Numbered from the stretch's first letter, positions 32,352 through 42,486 are shown. The stretch: 64,000 nucleotides of DNA from Candidatus Saccharimonadota bacterium (GCA_046350735.1 JAXLZU010000001.1:140530-204529), one strand, 5' to 3'. Notes: generated by a model not told the origin, from the letters alone. Numbers and translations: made by a program.

Positions 32352-33263
32352 TTACGGTAGCAATAGAGCATTTCTAACTCGAGGCATGGTATAGCGATTG
32401 GCTGATGATTGCATGGTATCAGAATGTGTAGTAACAGCAGTTAAAAACCCAGCCTTTTTTACAAGCTCTATTGTTACCTGATCGTACTTTCCGTATGGGT
32501 AGGCAAAAGTAGTAACCGCTATATTATACATATCTTCTAGTCGGTTCTTACTCTCGAGTATTTCTTGCAACTGTTCTTTTTCTACCAAACTTGGTAGATC
32601 GGGGTGATTGAGTGTATGTGCGCCTATCTCAATAAGTCCAGTGTCGTGCAAAGTTTTTAATTGGGTCCAATTTAGATAACTATCGCCACAATTGAGATTG
32701 GTACGTGACAAACCAATACAGTAATTGCTTCTCTCGCCTCCAAGGATAATATAATATGTAGCCTTCATATTATATCTTTCTAACAGAGCAAAACTCTTTA
32801 GTTGATCTTCAAATCCATCATCAAAGGTAATAACAACTGGTTTAAAAGGAAGTGGCGTACCCTTATATAAAAATTCACTTACCTCTCGCATAGAAACTGT
32901 TTGATAGCCATGGCTTTGTAAGTGCTGTAGCTGCTCTTCAAAATTATTTGGTGTGTAGTGATACATCAATACAGGTATATTGGCAGAAAAATTCTCTCTT
33001 GGAACACTCGGTATTGGTTCTGGGCCGGCAAAAGCAGTCTGGCCAAAAACTTTTGGCTTGTTTAGTTCTACGTTATATTGTTTGAGAGAAATATGAGAAC
33101 GAGCGGGCGGTATTGATACAATAAAGTACACACATGAGAAAAGTAGCAAAACAAAAATAGCCCCAACTAAACCGATAATAGATATTGTGTGTGGCCCGGT
33201 ATTACTGGTTTGATTCTTTTCAAAATCAAACTCAACCTCAGGATGAAGTAATAAAAGAGACAT
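32352..33263 (-). CDS. Polysaccharide deacetylase (CE4)
   Basis: PVLMYH, ITFDDG, HTLNHPDL and FAYPYG motifs, with one N-terminal TM. Confidence 0.9.
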   Translation of the reverse strand: MSLLLLHPEVEFDFEKNQTSNTGPHTISIIGLVGAIFVLLLFSCVYFIVSIPPARSHISLKQYNVELNKPKVFGQTAFAGPEPIPSVPRENFSANIPVLMYHYTPNNFEEQLQHLQSHGYQTVSMREVSEFLYKGTPLPFKPVVITFDDGFEDQLKSFALLERYNMKATYYIILGGERSNYCIGLSRTNLNCGDSYLNWTQLKTLHDTGLIEIGAHTLNHPDLPSLVEKEQLQEILESKNRLEDMYNIAVTTFAYPYGKYDQVTIELVKKAGFLTAVTTHSDTMQSSANRYTMPRVRNALLLP

Positions 33264-33303
33264 TTATTAGTTAGTATACTTGGCAGGTAAGTTATTTTCG
33301 AGC

Positions 33304-34782
33304 TTAAGGGGAAAGCTGTGGGCCAGGAGGCGGTGTTGGTGAAGTGGGTGGTGTAGGCATTTGTGCGGTAGGTGGTAATTGAGTTGCGGGTGCAGGCGCA
33401 ACTTGAGTAGCTGGAGCAGTAACAGGGTTTTGAGTTTGGTTAGTATTTGACATCGAGGTACTTGCCTCAGACGGTTGGGCTACAGGGTTGGTTTTTTCAG
33501 TTGCTGCCGGTGCTGGTGCTGCCTGTGGTGGTGTTGTGCCAGCACTAGCTTGGTTGGCATCTAGGTCAGCCTGAATTTCTAATAGCCGATTATATTTTGC
33601 TACTCGCTCGCCACGCATTGGTGCTCCAAGTTTCATACCCATTGCACCTACACCATAGGCTAAGTCGACAACAAAATCGTCATTGGTTTCACCGCTTCTA
33701 TGACTAATGATAATTTTTGCTTTCGAAGCTCGTGCAGCCTTAATAGCTTCAAACGTTTCGGTAATAGTGCCGACTTGATTAGGCTTAATAATTACTCCAT
33801 CAAAAAGCTCTGATTTTTGTAGCTCTTCTATTCTTTCTTTATTGGTAACTGTATAATCGTCGGCAATAATGAGAAATGGTTTTTCTGGTCTTGGCAGAGT
33901 TTTTAGTAGCTCAATACCTTCTACATCATTTTCGGCAAAAGGATCTTCGATAGAAAAAATTGGAAATTTTGTATTCCAAGACTCGTAGAGTTTTAGTAAA
34001 TCACTAGCATGTAATTGTTGGTTTTCGATTGCATACAGGCCATCTTTATAAAATGTGTTAGCTGCAGCATCGAGTGCAATATCAAACTTTTCTTGCATCT
34101 TAGAGTTGAGCTGACTAAATGCTTCTAATATAACCTCGGTATTTGTACCAATTGGTGCCAGACCTCCTTCGTCACCCACCAGTTTTGCAGAAGGACCATA
34201 GAGGTTTTGCATAACTTTTTGTATTGTATGATACACATTGTAAATAACTTTTATTGCATCGCTTGGTGTATTGGTGGCAGGTACCACCATATATTCCTGT
34301 ATGTCCAAACCAGGCGCATGCTTGCCACCACCAATTATATTAGCAAATAGACGAGGAAATTCTGGTGTGGTTTGGTTGGTTTCAGCAATGTATTGCCAAA
34401 GCGGCTTTTCATTTTCTAACGCACTAAGCTTTAAGTAGGCACCAGAAAGGCCCAATAATGTATTTCCACCAAGGTTGGCTTTTTTTTCTGAACCGTCTAG
34501 GGCAATTAGTAAGCCATCAAAGTCGTCTTGTTGGTTGAGTGGGTAGCCAATAAATTTAGGAGCAATTACTTGAGTAATAATGTCTAGGCAGCTAGTTACA
34601 CCCTTGCCATTAAAATCGGCACCACCATCACGTTTTTCGGCGGCTTCGTTAGCACCACGGCTGGCACCAGCTGGCACAGCAAATTCCGCACTATTGCCAG
34701 AGTCAGAAACCATTCTAACCATAATAGTAGGTTCGCCACGACTATCGAGTATTTGGTAGGGGGTAATTTGCTTAATATTCAT
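33304..34782 (-). CDS. eno: Enolase with a Pro/Thr/Ala-rich C-terminal extension
   Basis: ILDSRGEPT, VGDEGG, IKPNQVGT, SHRSGET and ERVAKYNRLLEI motifs, then a low-complexity tail. Confidence 0.95.
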   Translation of the reverse strand: MNIKQITPYQILDSRGEPTIMVRMVSDSGNSAEFAVPAGASRGANEAAEKRDGGADFNGKGVTSCLDIITQVIAPKFIGYPLNQQDDFDGLLIALDGSEKKANLGGNTLLGLSGAYLKLSALENEKPLWQYIAETNQTTPEFPRLFANIIGGGKHAPGLDIQEYMVVPATNTPSDAIKVIYNVYHTIQKVMQNLYGPSAKLVGDEGGLAPIGTNTEVILEAFSQLNSKMQEKFDIALDAAANTFYKDGLYAIENQQLHASDLLKLYESWNTKFPIFSIEDPFAENDVEGIELLKTLPRPEKPFLIIADDYTVTNKERIEELQKSELFDGVIIKPNQVGTITETFEAIKAARASKAKIIISHRSGETNDDFVVDLAYGVGAMGMKLGAPMRGERVAKYNRLLEIQADLDANQASAGTTPPQAAPAPAATEKTNPVAQPSEASTSMSNTNQTQNPVTAPATQVAPAPATQLPPTAQMPTPPTSPTPPPGPQLSP

Positions 34783-34833
34783 AGGGAATAACTTACTTAA
34801 AGTATACCATAAGCAGTATAGGCAAAAAAATAG

Positions 34834-35844
34834 CTATACAGTATTGGTTGGCATCTGTTTAAAGAAGTTAGAAATATTCTCTAGAGTAGTTATATTAATT
34901 CTTTCGATAGCTTCTTTAGAATTAAACGCATTGTGTGGCGTAATAATTACATTGGGCATTTTTTCTAGTACCATTTGCTCGACCGCATAGTCAAAACCCC
35001 GAAGACTTTTATTATGTAGTAGCTCGCTTTCTTCATTTAGTAATAATAGATTTTCACCCTCTACCACATCAAGTCCGGCTCCGCCGAGCTTACCACTTGC
35101 TAGTACGGCAACTAATGCCTTGGTATCAACTAGTTCGCCTCGTGATGTGTTAATTAATATGGCCCCCTTCTTCATAGAAGCAAATGCTTGTGTATTAATA
35201 AGGTGTTTGTTCTCACCAGTATATGGTGCATGGAGAGTAATAATATCAGCACTTGCAAAAAGCTCATGTAGGTTAACATAGCGCAAGTTATAGTCGTTTT
35301 CGAGATTATTATTAGGAAAAGGATCGTACGCTATTACTGGCATACTAAACCCATTAGCAATACGAATAACGTGTTGACCAATACTACCGGTACCAATTAC
35401 ACCCAGCGTTTTACCACTTAAGTCAAAACCAGTTAGCACAGAGTGATCTATCTTGCCAGATTTGTTTTGTTCGACTGAAGGAAAGACCTTTCGACTGAGT
35501 GCTAAGAGTAGCATAAATGTGTATTCTGCTACAGTATTTTCTCCATAGCGAGGGGCATTTGAAACTGTTATATTAGCTTTTTTTGCTGCCTCTACATCTA
35601 TATTGTCATAGCCTGTTGTACGAGCAGCAATAAACTGCAAATGCGGCAAAGCATGCATAACAGCGGCACTAACCTTACTCGCTACATGAACACTAATAAC
35701 GTTGGCATTTTCTGCCAGTTGAATATTTTGCTCACTTATTGGCTCTTTATAAAATACCAATTCAGCACCAAAATTACGTAAATGATGAGAAAAGTACCGG
35801 TGGTCGGCAGGAGTAGAATCGAAAAATACAAATCGGTTTTTCAT
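34834..35844 (-). CDS. D-2-hydroxyacid dehydrogenase (D-lactate/glycerate dehydrogenase family)
   Basis: GVIGTGSIG, INTSRG, GLDVVEGE and TPHNAF motifs. Confidence 0.9.
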   Translation of the reverse strand: MKNRFVFFDSTPADHRYFSHHLRNFGAELVFYKEPISEQNIQLAENANVISVHVASKVSAAVMHALPHLQFIAARTTGYDNIDVEAAKKANITVSNAPRYGENTVAEYTFMLLLALSRKVFPSVEQNKSGKIDHSVLTGFDLSGKTLGVIGTGSIGQHVIRIANGFSMPVIAYDPFPNNNLENDYNLRYVNLHELFASADIITLHAPYTGENKHLINTQAFASMKKGAILINTSRGELVDTKALVAVLASGKLGGAGLDVVEGENLLLLNEESELLHNKSLRGFDYAVEQMVLEKMPNVIITPHNAFNSKEAIERINITTLENISNFFKQMPTNTV

Positions 35845-35862
35845 AGGGGATAGTGTTTTTGC

Positions 35863-37128
35863 TTATCTTCTTAATACTACTATAAAATCTGATATATTAG
35901 CAGTGACTTTACGGATTTTAAAAATCCCCTGAATCTTCTTGAGTGTGATATAACTTCTATTCATTTCTACAGCTTCGGTAGGATTAGCATCAATTTGTTC
36001 TATCTTCCACACTGAATAGTCATCATCCACCAGTCCGCCTGCCACGGGAATATTGTCTTTTCCATCGCTAGCACACGACATTATGGCAGAATTTTCTGGT
36101 AAAAAGGGCATAGCAGAAAGGGCAACATCTTGATTGCGACCACCTTTTCCTGGGTGGGTTACGTGCACTTGTGTTTCACCACAAGCTAGTAGGGCTTGCC
36201 CAGGAGTAACCGATTGTGCCATTTGTGGACCAACATTTTTTGCAAAACCAGTGAGGGCTTTAGAATATATTTTGGGAGAGTAGCCAAGCTCGACCGCCTT
36301 GGTTTTCATAGCGTATAGAGCTGTTTCACCACTTGCCAAGACAATATTATTTACGTGTTCAAAATACTTTTGGTCTTTAGGGGTTTCGACAAAATCGAGA
36401 TTTGCTAAGCCATATTTTTTTCCAAGTGCCCTAGCATCGGCAATTGTTGTGGTATCTCTTACTGTTGGCCCCGAAGCAATCATATCTATCTTATTGCCAG
36501 GTACGTCAGATACTATCAAACTTAATACGTGGGCAGGGTAGGCATATTTTGCTAAATAACCACCATGAATTTCGCTTAAATGTTTTCGAATGGTATTTAT
36601 CTCAGTAATACTTGCACCACTTTTTAGTAGATGATCTCCCACAGCCTGAAGATCGGTACAGGTAATTTTGTTACAGGGCCGACAAATAAGTGAGCTACCA
36701 CCTCCACAAATTATAGTAATTACCAAATCGTCTTTTGTGGCCTTGGTGAGTAGTTTTACTATTTCATTGGTTGCTGCAATATTTTTATTTGAAGGAAGTG
36801 GGTGTGTGCCCTTATATGACTTAATTTTGCCGAGCCATTGTTTTTCGATATCAATAACCACACCACCACTAAGCATGTTGCTTGGAATAGTCTTTAAAAT
36901 CGATTTAGTAGCTCGCGCTGACCCCTTACCAAGCCCAATAATATATATTTTTTTATAAATATCTAAGTTAAACTCGTGCATACCAATACACAGTTTTTTT
37001 TGTTCCATAGAGCAGACATTCTGAAAAAGCCGATTAATTTCTATGGCTTCATAGCCCGCCTCGGCAATTAATAATGCATCGCGTCGAACTTCGTTAACGC
37101 CAAGTTTTGAGAAATTTTTGATTATCAT
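35863..37128 (-). CDS. Glycerate 2-kinase (MOFRL/DUF4147 family)
   Basis: THPLPS, CGGGSSL, INTIRKHLS, SDVPG-IASGPT, GGRNQ and SDGKD motifs. Confidence 0.88.
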   Translation of the reverse strand: MIIKNFSKLGVNEVRRDALLIAEAGYEAIEINRLFQNVCSMEQKKLCIGMHEFNLDIYKKIYIIGLGKGSARATKSILKTIPSNMLSGGVVIDIEKQWLGKIKSYKGTHPLPSNKNIAATNEIVKLLTKATKDDLVITIICGGGSSLICRPCNKITCTDLQAVGDHLLKSGASITEINTIRKHLSEIHGGYLAKYAYPAHVLSLIVSDVPGNKIDMIASGPTVRDTTTIADARALGKKYGLANLDFVETPKDQKYFEHVNNIVLASGETALYAMKTKAVELGYSPKIYSKALTGFAKNVGPQMAQSVTPGQALLACGETQVHVTHPGKGGRNQDVALSAMPFLPENSAIMSCASDGKDNIPVAGGLVDDDYSVWKIEQIDANPTEAVEMNRSYITLKKIQGIFKIRKVTANISDFIVVLRR

Positions 37129-37185
37129 AATTATACTTATGTTTATTATAACAATTTCGTTTGTAGAATTGGTTTTATTGCCAAG

Positions 37186-37220
37186 AGAAAAACCTCCAAG
37201 TACAACTTGAAGGTTTTTCT
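37186..37220 (-). terminator. Terminator displaced from tRNA-Glu by the island insertion
   Basis: agaaaaacctccaagt / acttgaaggtttttct. The one mismatch is a U-G pair only on the minus (tRNA) strand, and it lies 26 bp outside the left att site. Confidence 0.7.
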
Positions 37221-37333
37221 TGAATATACAGTATCTATAAATTCTATGGTGAACCTAAAGGGGGCTGATTCCGAAACCTTTTATCGTGATCTGGAGGAAT
37301 TGGCAAACAAGCTGGCTACACAGGAGGGTCACA

Positions 37334-37814
37334 ATGTTTAGTTTACTCCGTAGAGCACCAAAAGCCACACTGACAAATACCTCGCTGTACAATGAGCAGT
37401 CCTTCTATAACGCATTTGTACGAGATGTAAAACAAGCGCAATCAACGGTCGTTATAGAAAGCCCCTTCTTGACCGAAAAAAGAGCACTGTATTTTGCAAG
37501 GTTATTCAACAAACTGGCCAGAAAAGGTGTGAGAGTCCGCGTAAATACCCGCAACCCACGCCACCATGATAAATCACTGGAGATACAAGCTTGGAAATCC
37601 ATCAGGATCCTGAGAAATAACGGGGTTAAGGTCTACTTCTTTAGCGATATGCGCCACCGCAAGCTGGCAATCATAGATCAACAAAATTTTATGGGAGAGT
37701 TCGCTCAATATCTTGTCGCAGGTACTCAGTAAAGAAATTATGCGCCGAACCAACTCAGCCGAACTAGCCCGTCAAATGGCATCGTTCACAAAAATACACA
37801 GTCGGTTTTGGTGA
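37334..37814 (+). pseudogene. PLD-like single-HKD nuclease, frameshifted
   Basis: IESPFLT and HRKLAIID motifs. After caaaattt (~37685) the expected ILWESSLNILSQ...EIMRR continues in the +1 frame to TGA 37814. Confidence 0.75.
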
Positions 37815-37831
37815 TATACTAAAGATCAACT

Positions 37832-38038
37832 ATGAAGGACGATTACAAGATAAACGAAGAAGACATCCAAAAGGTTATAAAGTACCTTGAGTTTCACGAT
37901 CCTAAAAATGCCGACCGTGAATACGCCATTGAATTTATCCAGGCAATGCAGATTGAGGGCAACGAAATAGCTCGAACTGACGAGAAGCTAGCCGAGGCAA
38001 TCCGTGACTTTACTCGCAAGAAAGAAGAGGACAGCTAA
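37832..38038 (+). CDS. Small hypothetical protein
   Basis: 68-aa acidic helical ORF preceded by TGaTATACT. Confidence 0.6.
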   Translation: MKDDYKINEEDIQKVIKYLEFHDPKNADREYAIEFIQAMQIEGNEIARTDEKLAEAIRDFTRKKEEDS

Positions 38039-38256
38039 GCCCTGTTAGGGAAGATATCCGAAGCCTTAACACCTAACGCAGCAAATATCTCATACAGCGT
38101 TTCAACCGAGGCGATAGCTACCCCTTGCTCTAAGGTAGCGTAGTAATTGGTAGTCAGACCAACCTTTTCGGCAACATCTTTTTGGGTGTAATGCCGGGCT
38201 TTACGAGCCTTTTGCAGGTTCGCGCCAATTGTTTTCCTGAGTTTTGCTTCGTTCAT
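38035..38256 (-). CDS. XRE-family HTH regulator
   Basis: IGANLQKARKARHYTQKDVAEKVGLTTNYYATLEQG. Confidence 0.9.
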   Translation of the reverse strand: MNEAKLRKTIGANLQKARKARHYTQKDVAEKVGLTTNYYATLEQGVAIASVETLYEIFAALGVKASDIFPNRA

Positions 38257-38357
38257 ATGTACTATCCTAATTCTACACCAGACTGTAGCAGATATTGCCA
38301 GTCAAGTCCACCTCTGTTAGTATGAAGTCAGTCAGATCGTTGTACAAGGGAGCCACC

Positions 38358-40946
38358 ATGACAAATGAATCTGGTGGGCAAACAATGGAGCTAGTGGAGT
38401 TCATTCAAACAGCCCTGCCGCTGCTAGGGGTTACGGTAGTCTGCGCTGTCCTGCTCTTCTTCCTTATCTTTACTGTTCTCCGACTTATTAACTACCGCCG
38501 AAAGCTGAAGCAAGAGAGTGTGCTGCTTGAGATAACACCGCCAGCCTTTCAAGATAAAGTACCGATTGCCACCGCCCAACTCTTCTCAGTCTTTCATGGC
38601 TTGCTTAAGCACCGTTCGCTAACCGACGTGCTACTCAGATATGCACCAAGTTTCTCACTCGAGATTGTCTCCTCCAAAGACAAGGGCATTCGCTATCTAG
38701 TCCGTACGGATACAGACAGCGCCGATATCATCCGCCATAACGTCCAAGCCTACATTACTGATGCAAAAGTCACGGAAGTTGACGATTATCTTCACGAGGC
38801 AGCCCACAGCTCAATCCAAGTGTTCAAACAGGCCAACCACTTTGCCCACCCGATTGATACCAGCAGCACCATTAGCGAACATGATCCAGTTGCCTATCTC
38901 ACGAATGCCATGACCAAGCTTGATGACGATGAATTGATGAGCTTCCAGATGGTAGTCACACCAGCTGCTATTGCCGAAGCCGCTAAGATTGATCACAAAA
39001 TACGGCGGGGCTACTGGTCTGGTTCGAGCCTTGAAAAATCCTTTTCAGGTAAAAATATCCTGAAGATTATCTGGGTTATCGTTAAGTTTCCAATCGTCTT
39101 TACCTGGGGTTTACTCTACGCCTTTTTTACTCATGATCTGTATGATTCACCGAAGTCCAGATACGACTCACCCCAGGCCTCACACGTACCGCCCGCTGAA
39201 CAAGAGCTGCTTGATGAAATGCACGTCAAGCTAAGCCAGGATTTGTTTTACGCTGATCTCAGACTACTGGTGCTGGTCGGTAGCAAACAGCACCTCAAAG
39301 AACGCGTCCGAACATTTGCCGGCTCACTCGCAACCTACGCCACACCGAATTGGCAGATGCTAAAACAATCCCGTAACTACCTGTTTCGATATGGCTATAT
39401 ATTCCGGCATTTTATCTTTAGAAACCGTCTGCCGTCACTGATTCACTCCAACTCCAGCATACTCAGCACCGATGAGCTTGGCGCACTCTTTCACTTCCCA
39501 CACACCAGAGCTGCCAGGACGGATAATGTATCTAAATCACTCAGTAAGACCTTGCCAGCACCAACCTCACTGAAAGACAAGAACAACAAACTAAGCATTG
39601 TCCTCGGACAGAACAAGCACCAAGGACAGATTACGCCGTTTGGCCTGACTGAAGCTGAACGAGAGCGTCATATCTTCATGATTGGCGGCACGGGCAATGG
39701 TAAAACCACCATGTTGCAGTATGGCATCGTCCAGGACATTAGAAGCGGTAAAGGCGTAGCCGTGATCGACCCGCATGGCGATATGGCACAAAACTTACTG
39801 CGCTACATACCGAAAAACCGTATAAAAGATGTCATTTACTTCAACCCTGATGACATTGACCATCCGCTGGCGATGAACTTGCTTGAAATACCAAGAGGGC
39901 TGAGAGGCAGCGCACTGGAGCGAGAAAAAGACCGCGTTACTGAATCGGTTATCTCAGTGCTGCGAAAAATATTCTCTGATGACGATACCGGCGGCCATAG
40001 AATTGAATACGTACTCAGAAATGCCATTCAGACAGCGCTAACCACTGAAGACCCAACTATTTTTACTATATTTGAACTGCTCACAAACGACACCTATCGC
40101 AAGAAAATAACCAATGACTTACCGGCTGGAACGCTCAAAAACTTCTGGCAAAACGAGCTTGGTAAAGCCGGAGCCATGCAACGGGTAAAAATGAGCCACG
40201 GTGTAACCAGTAAGATTGGTCGTTTTGAGTTTTCGCCCGCTACCAAGCGAGTGATGGGGCGACCAACTTCCACTTTAGATTTTGACGACCTGCTCAGCTC
40301 TGGCAAAATCCTCATCTGTAATTTCTCCAAAGGTAACTTAGGTGAAGATACCTCAGCTTTATTTGGCACGGCGGTACTGGCTAAATTACAGACCGCCGCG
40401 CTCAGAAGAGCCAGAATCGACCAACGTGAACGCACCCCGTTTTATCTCTATGTTGATGAGTTTCAGAACTTTGCGACTATGCCGTTTGTACAGATGTTAT
40501 CTGAAGCTCGGAAGTACAAACTGTTTCTGACCATGGCTGAGCAGTCGACGACGCAACAGGACGAGCAGCGGTTAGTAAATATCATCTTAGCTAATGTTGG
40601 TACAGTAATCACCTTTAGAACTGGCAGCCCGGTAGATGAGCAATTAGTGCTACCGTTGTTTAGGCCGTATATTGAGCCGGGCGAAATAGCCAACCTGCCA
40701 AGCTTTAATTTTTATGCACGGCTGTCTGCCATACGGTCGCAGGAGCCGTTATCTGGAGAGACGCTGTTGCTCAACGATGATGGTGATCAAGCGATTGCCA
40801 AACAAGCTGTACGGTCTTCTCAGAAATTGTATGCTTACAAATATAAGGAAGAGGCAAAGAAGAGCAAGACAGACAAAGCCAAGCCCGATGAAGCGCAAGA
40901 TGCCAAAAACACCGACTCAAAAGAGGATGAGGCAATAGATGTGTAG
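38358..40946 (+). CDS. Type IV coupling protein (VirD4/TraD/TrwB-like ATPase)
   Basis: TM segments, Walker A GGTGNGKT, VIDPHGD, Walker B LYVDEFQNF and SEARKY. The start is placed at ATG 38358. Confidence 0.88.
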   Translation: MTNESGGQTMELVEFIQTALPLLGVTVVCAVLLFFLIFTVLRLINYRRKLKQESVLLEITPPAFQDKVPIATAQLFSVFHGLLKHRSLTDVLLRYAPSFSLEIVSSKDKGIRYLVRTDTDSADIIRHNVQAYITDAKVTEVDDYLHEAAHSSIQVFKQANHFAHPIDTSSTISEHDPVAYLTNAMTKLDDDELMSFQMVVTPAAIAEAAKIDHKIRRGYWSGSSLEKSFSGKNILKIIWVIVKFPIVFTWGLLYAFFTHDLYDSPKSRYDSPQASHVPPAEQELLDEMHVKLSQDLFYADLRLLVLVGSKQHLKERVRTFAGSLATYATPNWQMLKQSRNYLFRYGYIFRHFIFRNRLPSLIHSNSSILSTDELGALFHFPHTRAARTDNVSKSLSKTLPAPTSLKDKNNKLSIVLGQNKHQGQITPFGLTEAERERHIFMIGGTGNGKTTMLQYGIVQDIRSGKGVAVIDPHGDMAQNLLRYIPKNRIKDVIYFNPDDIDHPLAMNLLEIPRGLRGSALEREKDRVTESVISVLRKIFSDDDTGGHRIEYVLRNAIQTALTTEDPTIFTIFELLTNDTYRKKITNDLPAGTLKNFWQNELGKAGAMQRVKMSHGVTSKIGRFEFSPATKRVMGRPTSTLDFDDLLSSGKILICNFSKGNLGEDTSALFGTAVLAKLQTAALRRARIDQRERTPFYLYVDEFQNFATMPFVQMLSEARKYKLFLTMAEQSTTQQDEQRLVNIILANVGTVITFRTGSPVDEQLVLPLFRPYIEPGEIANLPSFNFYARLSAIRSQEPLSGETLLLNDDGDQAIAKQAVRSSQKLYAYKYKEEAKKSKTDKAKPDEAQDAKNTDSKEDEAIDV

Positions 40947-40975
40947 GGGCCATGGAGCTACTGTAACCTAGCCTC

Positions 40976-41154
40976 TAAGAGTCAGCGAACAGACAACCCG
41001 TTGTTGCGATCGTTGTTGTTGTCCGGGTTCACGTTGTCGGCATTGAAGTTCGCGTTGAACGCGTTGTTGGCATTGTCTGGATTGGCCGAAGCCGACCACA
41101 AGTTGCCGTTGTCACCCTGGTTGTTGAAGCCCTCCCACCAGACACCAGCGAACG
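40976..41154 (-). repeat. DGR template repeat (TR)
   Basis: 179-bp ungapped match to 42569-42747, with 15 AAC and 3 AAT codons. All 30 mismatches are at TR adenines. Confidence 0.97.
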
Positions 41155-41360
41155 AAAAGGACCCAAACCAGGCACCCGCTTGTCAATACTGCTCGTTATA
41201 CTACGCCCAGCGTACCAAGCGTAGGGAGGCCTTGACGGCGCTGCCCCTATAGAACTAGCTATGAACAAGTCAAAGCTAGTGAGTATTGTCTCTTAGATAT
41301 GCTTATGTGCCAGGCCGATCATCGGGTAGTGAGCAAAAAGCCGTCAAGCGCCACCCGCCC

Positions 41361-42479
41361 CTAGGCCAGGCAAAGCATAGCTTCTATTGTACCCCCCCGA
41401 ACTTTTACACCACTCTTGATACCATCCAAAAGTTTGCGATGCCTATAATGCTTCACCAACCCCCGATACGATGCCTCGGTTGACTCGAGGCAATCTTGCC
41501 GAGATAATGCGGCTAGTAGGTTACGCTTTAAACGCCTGCCAGGATGTATACGAAATGGATATACCACCGCACCCAGAAATGCAACTCCCTTGCTATATTC
41601 TTGCAGGTGTCGCTTATGAGGATGGAGCGTCAACCCAAGTTGCTGGCCCGCATAGTGCTCGATAGCGGCCAGTGCCCGAACGAGCTCCTCTTTTTTGAGA
41701 GAAACAATATAAAAATCATCAACGTACCGGCCATAATGTGCAAATCCGAGCTCAAGCGTCACAAAACGATCGAGTTGGTCCAGATACATATTGCTTAGTA
41801 GCTGTGAAGTGAGATTGCCGATAGCAATGCCCCGGCCTTTTGGCTGGTGAAACAAACTCTTGCTCGGCGGCAAGCCCTTCCAGGCGCTCCGCGGACAACT
41901 GAACTCCACGTTCTTCAGGGGATCGTTGAAAATAATGACCTTCCATAAAAACTTACACAGTTGGTAGGCGTAGCCTTTATCGGGAAATTGCCTATCCAGC
42001 CCCCACATTGCTCGCACGTATAGTTTTTTGCGATCTAAGCTCATGAAGTACCCCAGAAGATCGAGCTGTAGTATATATGCTGGCCGCGTATAATTACGGC
42101 TTTCTGAACGGATATGATGGTCAAGGCGACGGATACCATACAGCGTACCTTTGCCCTTGCGGCAACTGTAGTTGTCTGCAATGAACCGCGCATCCCACCA
42201 TGTGTTGACTTGGTTGAATAAAAAGTGATGCACCACTCTATCCCGAAAGGCCGCAGCGAAGATCTCTCGTTTGACGGGTTTGTTCACGATAAAGGCTGTT
42301 GATGGCCGTGGTGTATAGGTTCGCGAATGAATTTCTCTGGCCAGTGCTGCAATCTCTGACCGAGCGACTTTGTCAAATGCTTCCACTTGTGGTTTTTTGG
42401 TTTTGCCGCGCCGCGCATCGAGGTAAGCCTTCTGCAGCTCTTTGGCAAGCCAAGCGTTGCGTTTTTGCGATGTGTCCAT
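41361..42479 (-). CDS. DGR reverse transcriptase
   Basis: KREIFAAAFRDRVVHH, YSCRKGKG, GIAIGNLTSQ (the SQ motif of DGR RTs) and RYVDD. It is 372 aa with no maturase or endonuclease domain. Confidence 0.95.
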   Translation of the reverse strand: MDTSQKRNAWLAKELQKAYLDARRGKTKKPQVEAFDKVARSEIAALAREIHSRTYTPRPSTAFIVNKPVKREIFAAAFRDRVVHHFLFNQVNTWWDARFIADNYSCRKGKGTLYGIRRLDHHIRSESRNYTRPAYILQLDLLGYFMSLDRKKLYVRAMWGLDRQFPDKGYAYQLCKFLWKVIIFNDPLKNVEFSCPRSAWKGLPPSKSLFHQPKGRGIAIGNLTSQLLSNMYLDQLDRFVTLELGFAHYGRYVDDFYIVSLKKEELVRALAAIEHYAGQQLGLTLHPHKRHLQEYSKGVAFLGAVVYPFRIHPGRRLKRNLLAALSRQDCLESTEASYRGLVKHYRHRKLLDGIKSGVKVRGGTIEAMLCLA

Positions 42480-42486
42480 AGGAGGT

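Noticed and set aside
41000-41130. GTT/AAC runs as a microsatellite or CRISPR array
   Set aside because: They are the Asn codons of TR. No repeat-spacer periodicity was seen here or anywhere else in the window.
41001-41268. ORFs 41029..41268 (-) and 41001..41252 (+) as avd or accessory genes
   Set aside because: They overlap TR, have low-complexity translations and do not resemble a four-helix Avd protein.
41361-42479. RT as a group II intron, retron or CRISPR-associated RT
   Set aside because: There is no maturase or endonuclease domain and no cas genes, while the SQ motif and an adjacent A-specific TR/VR pair identify a DGR.
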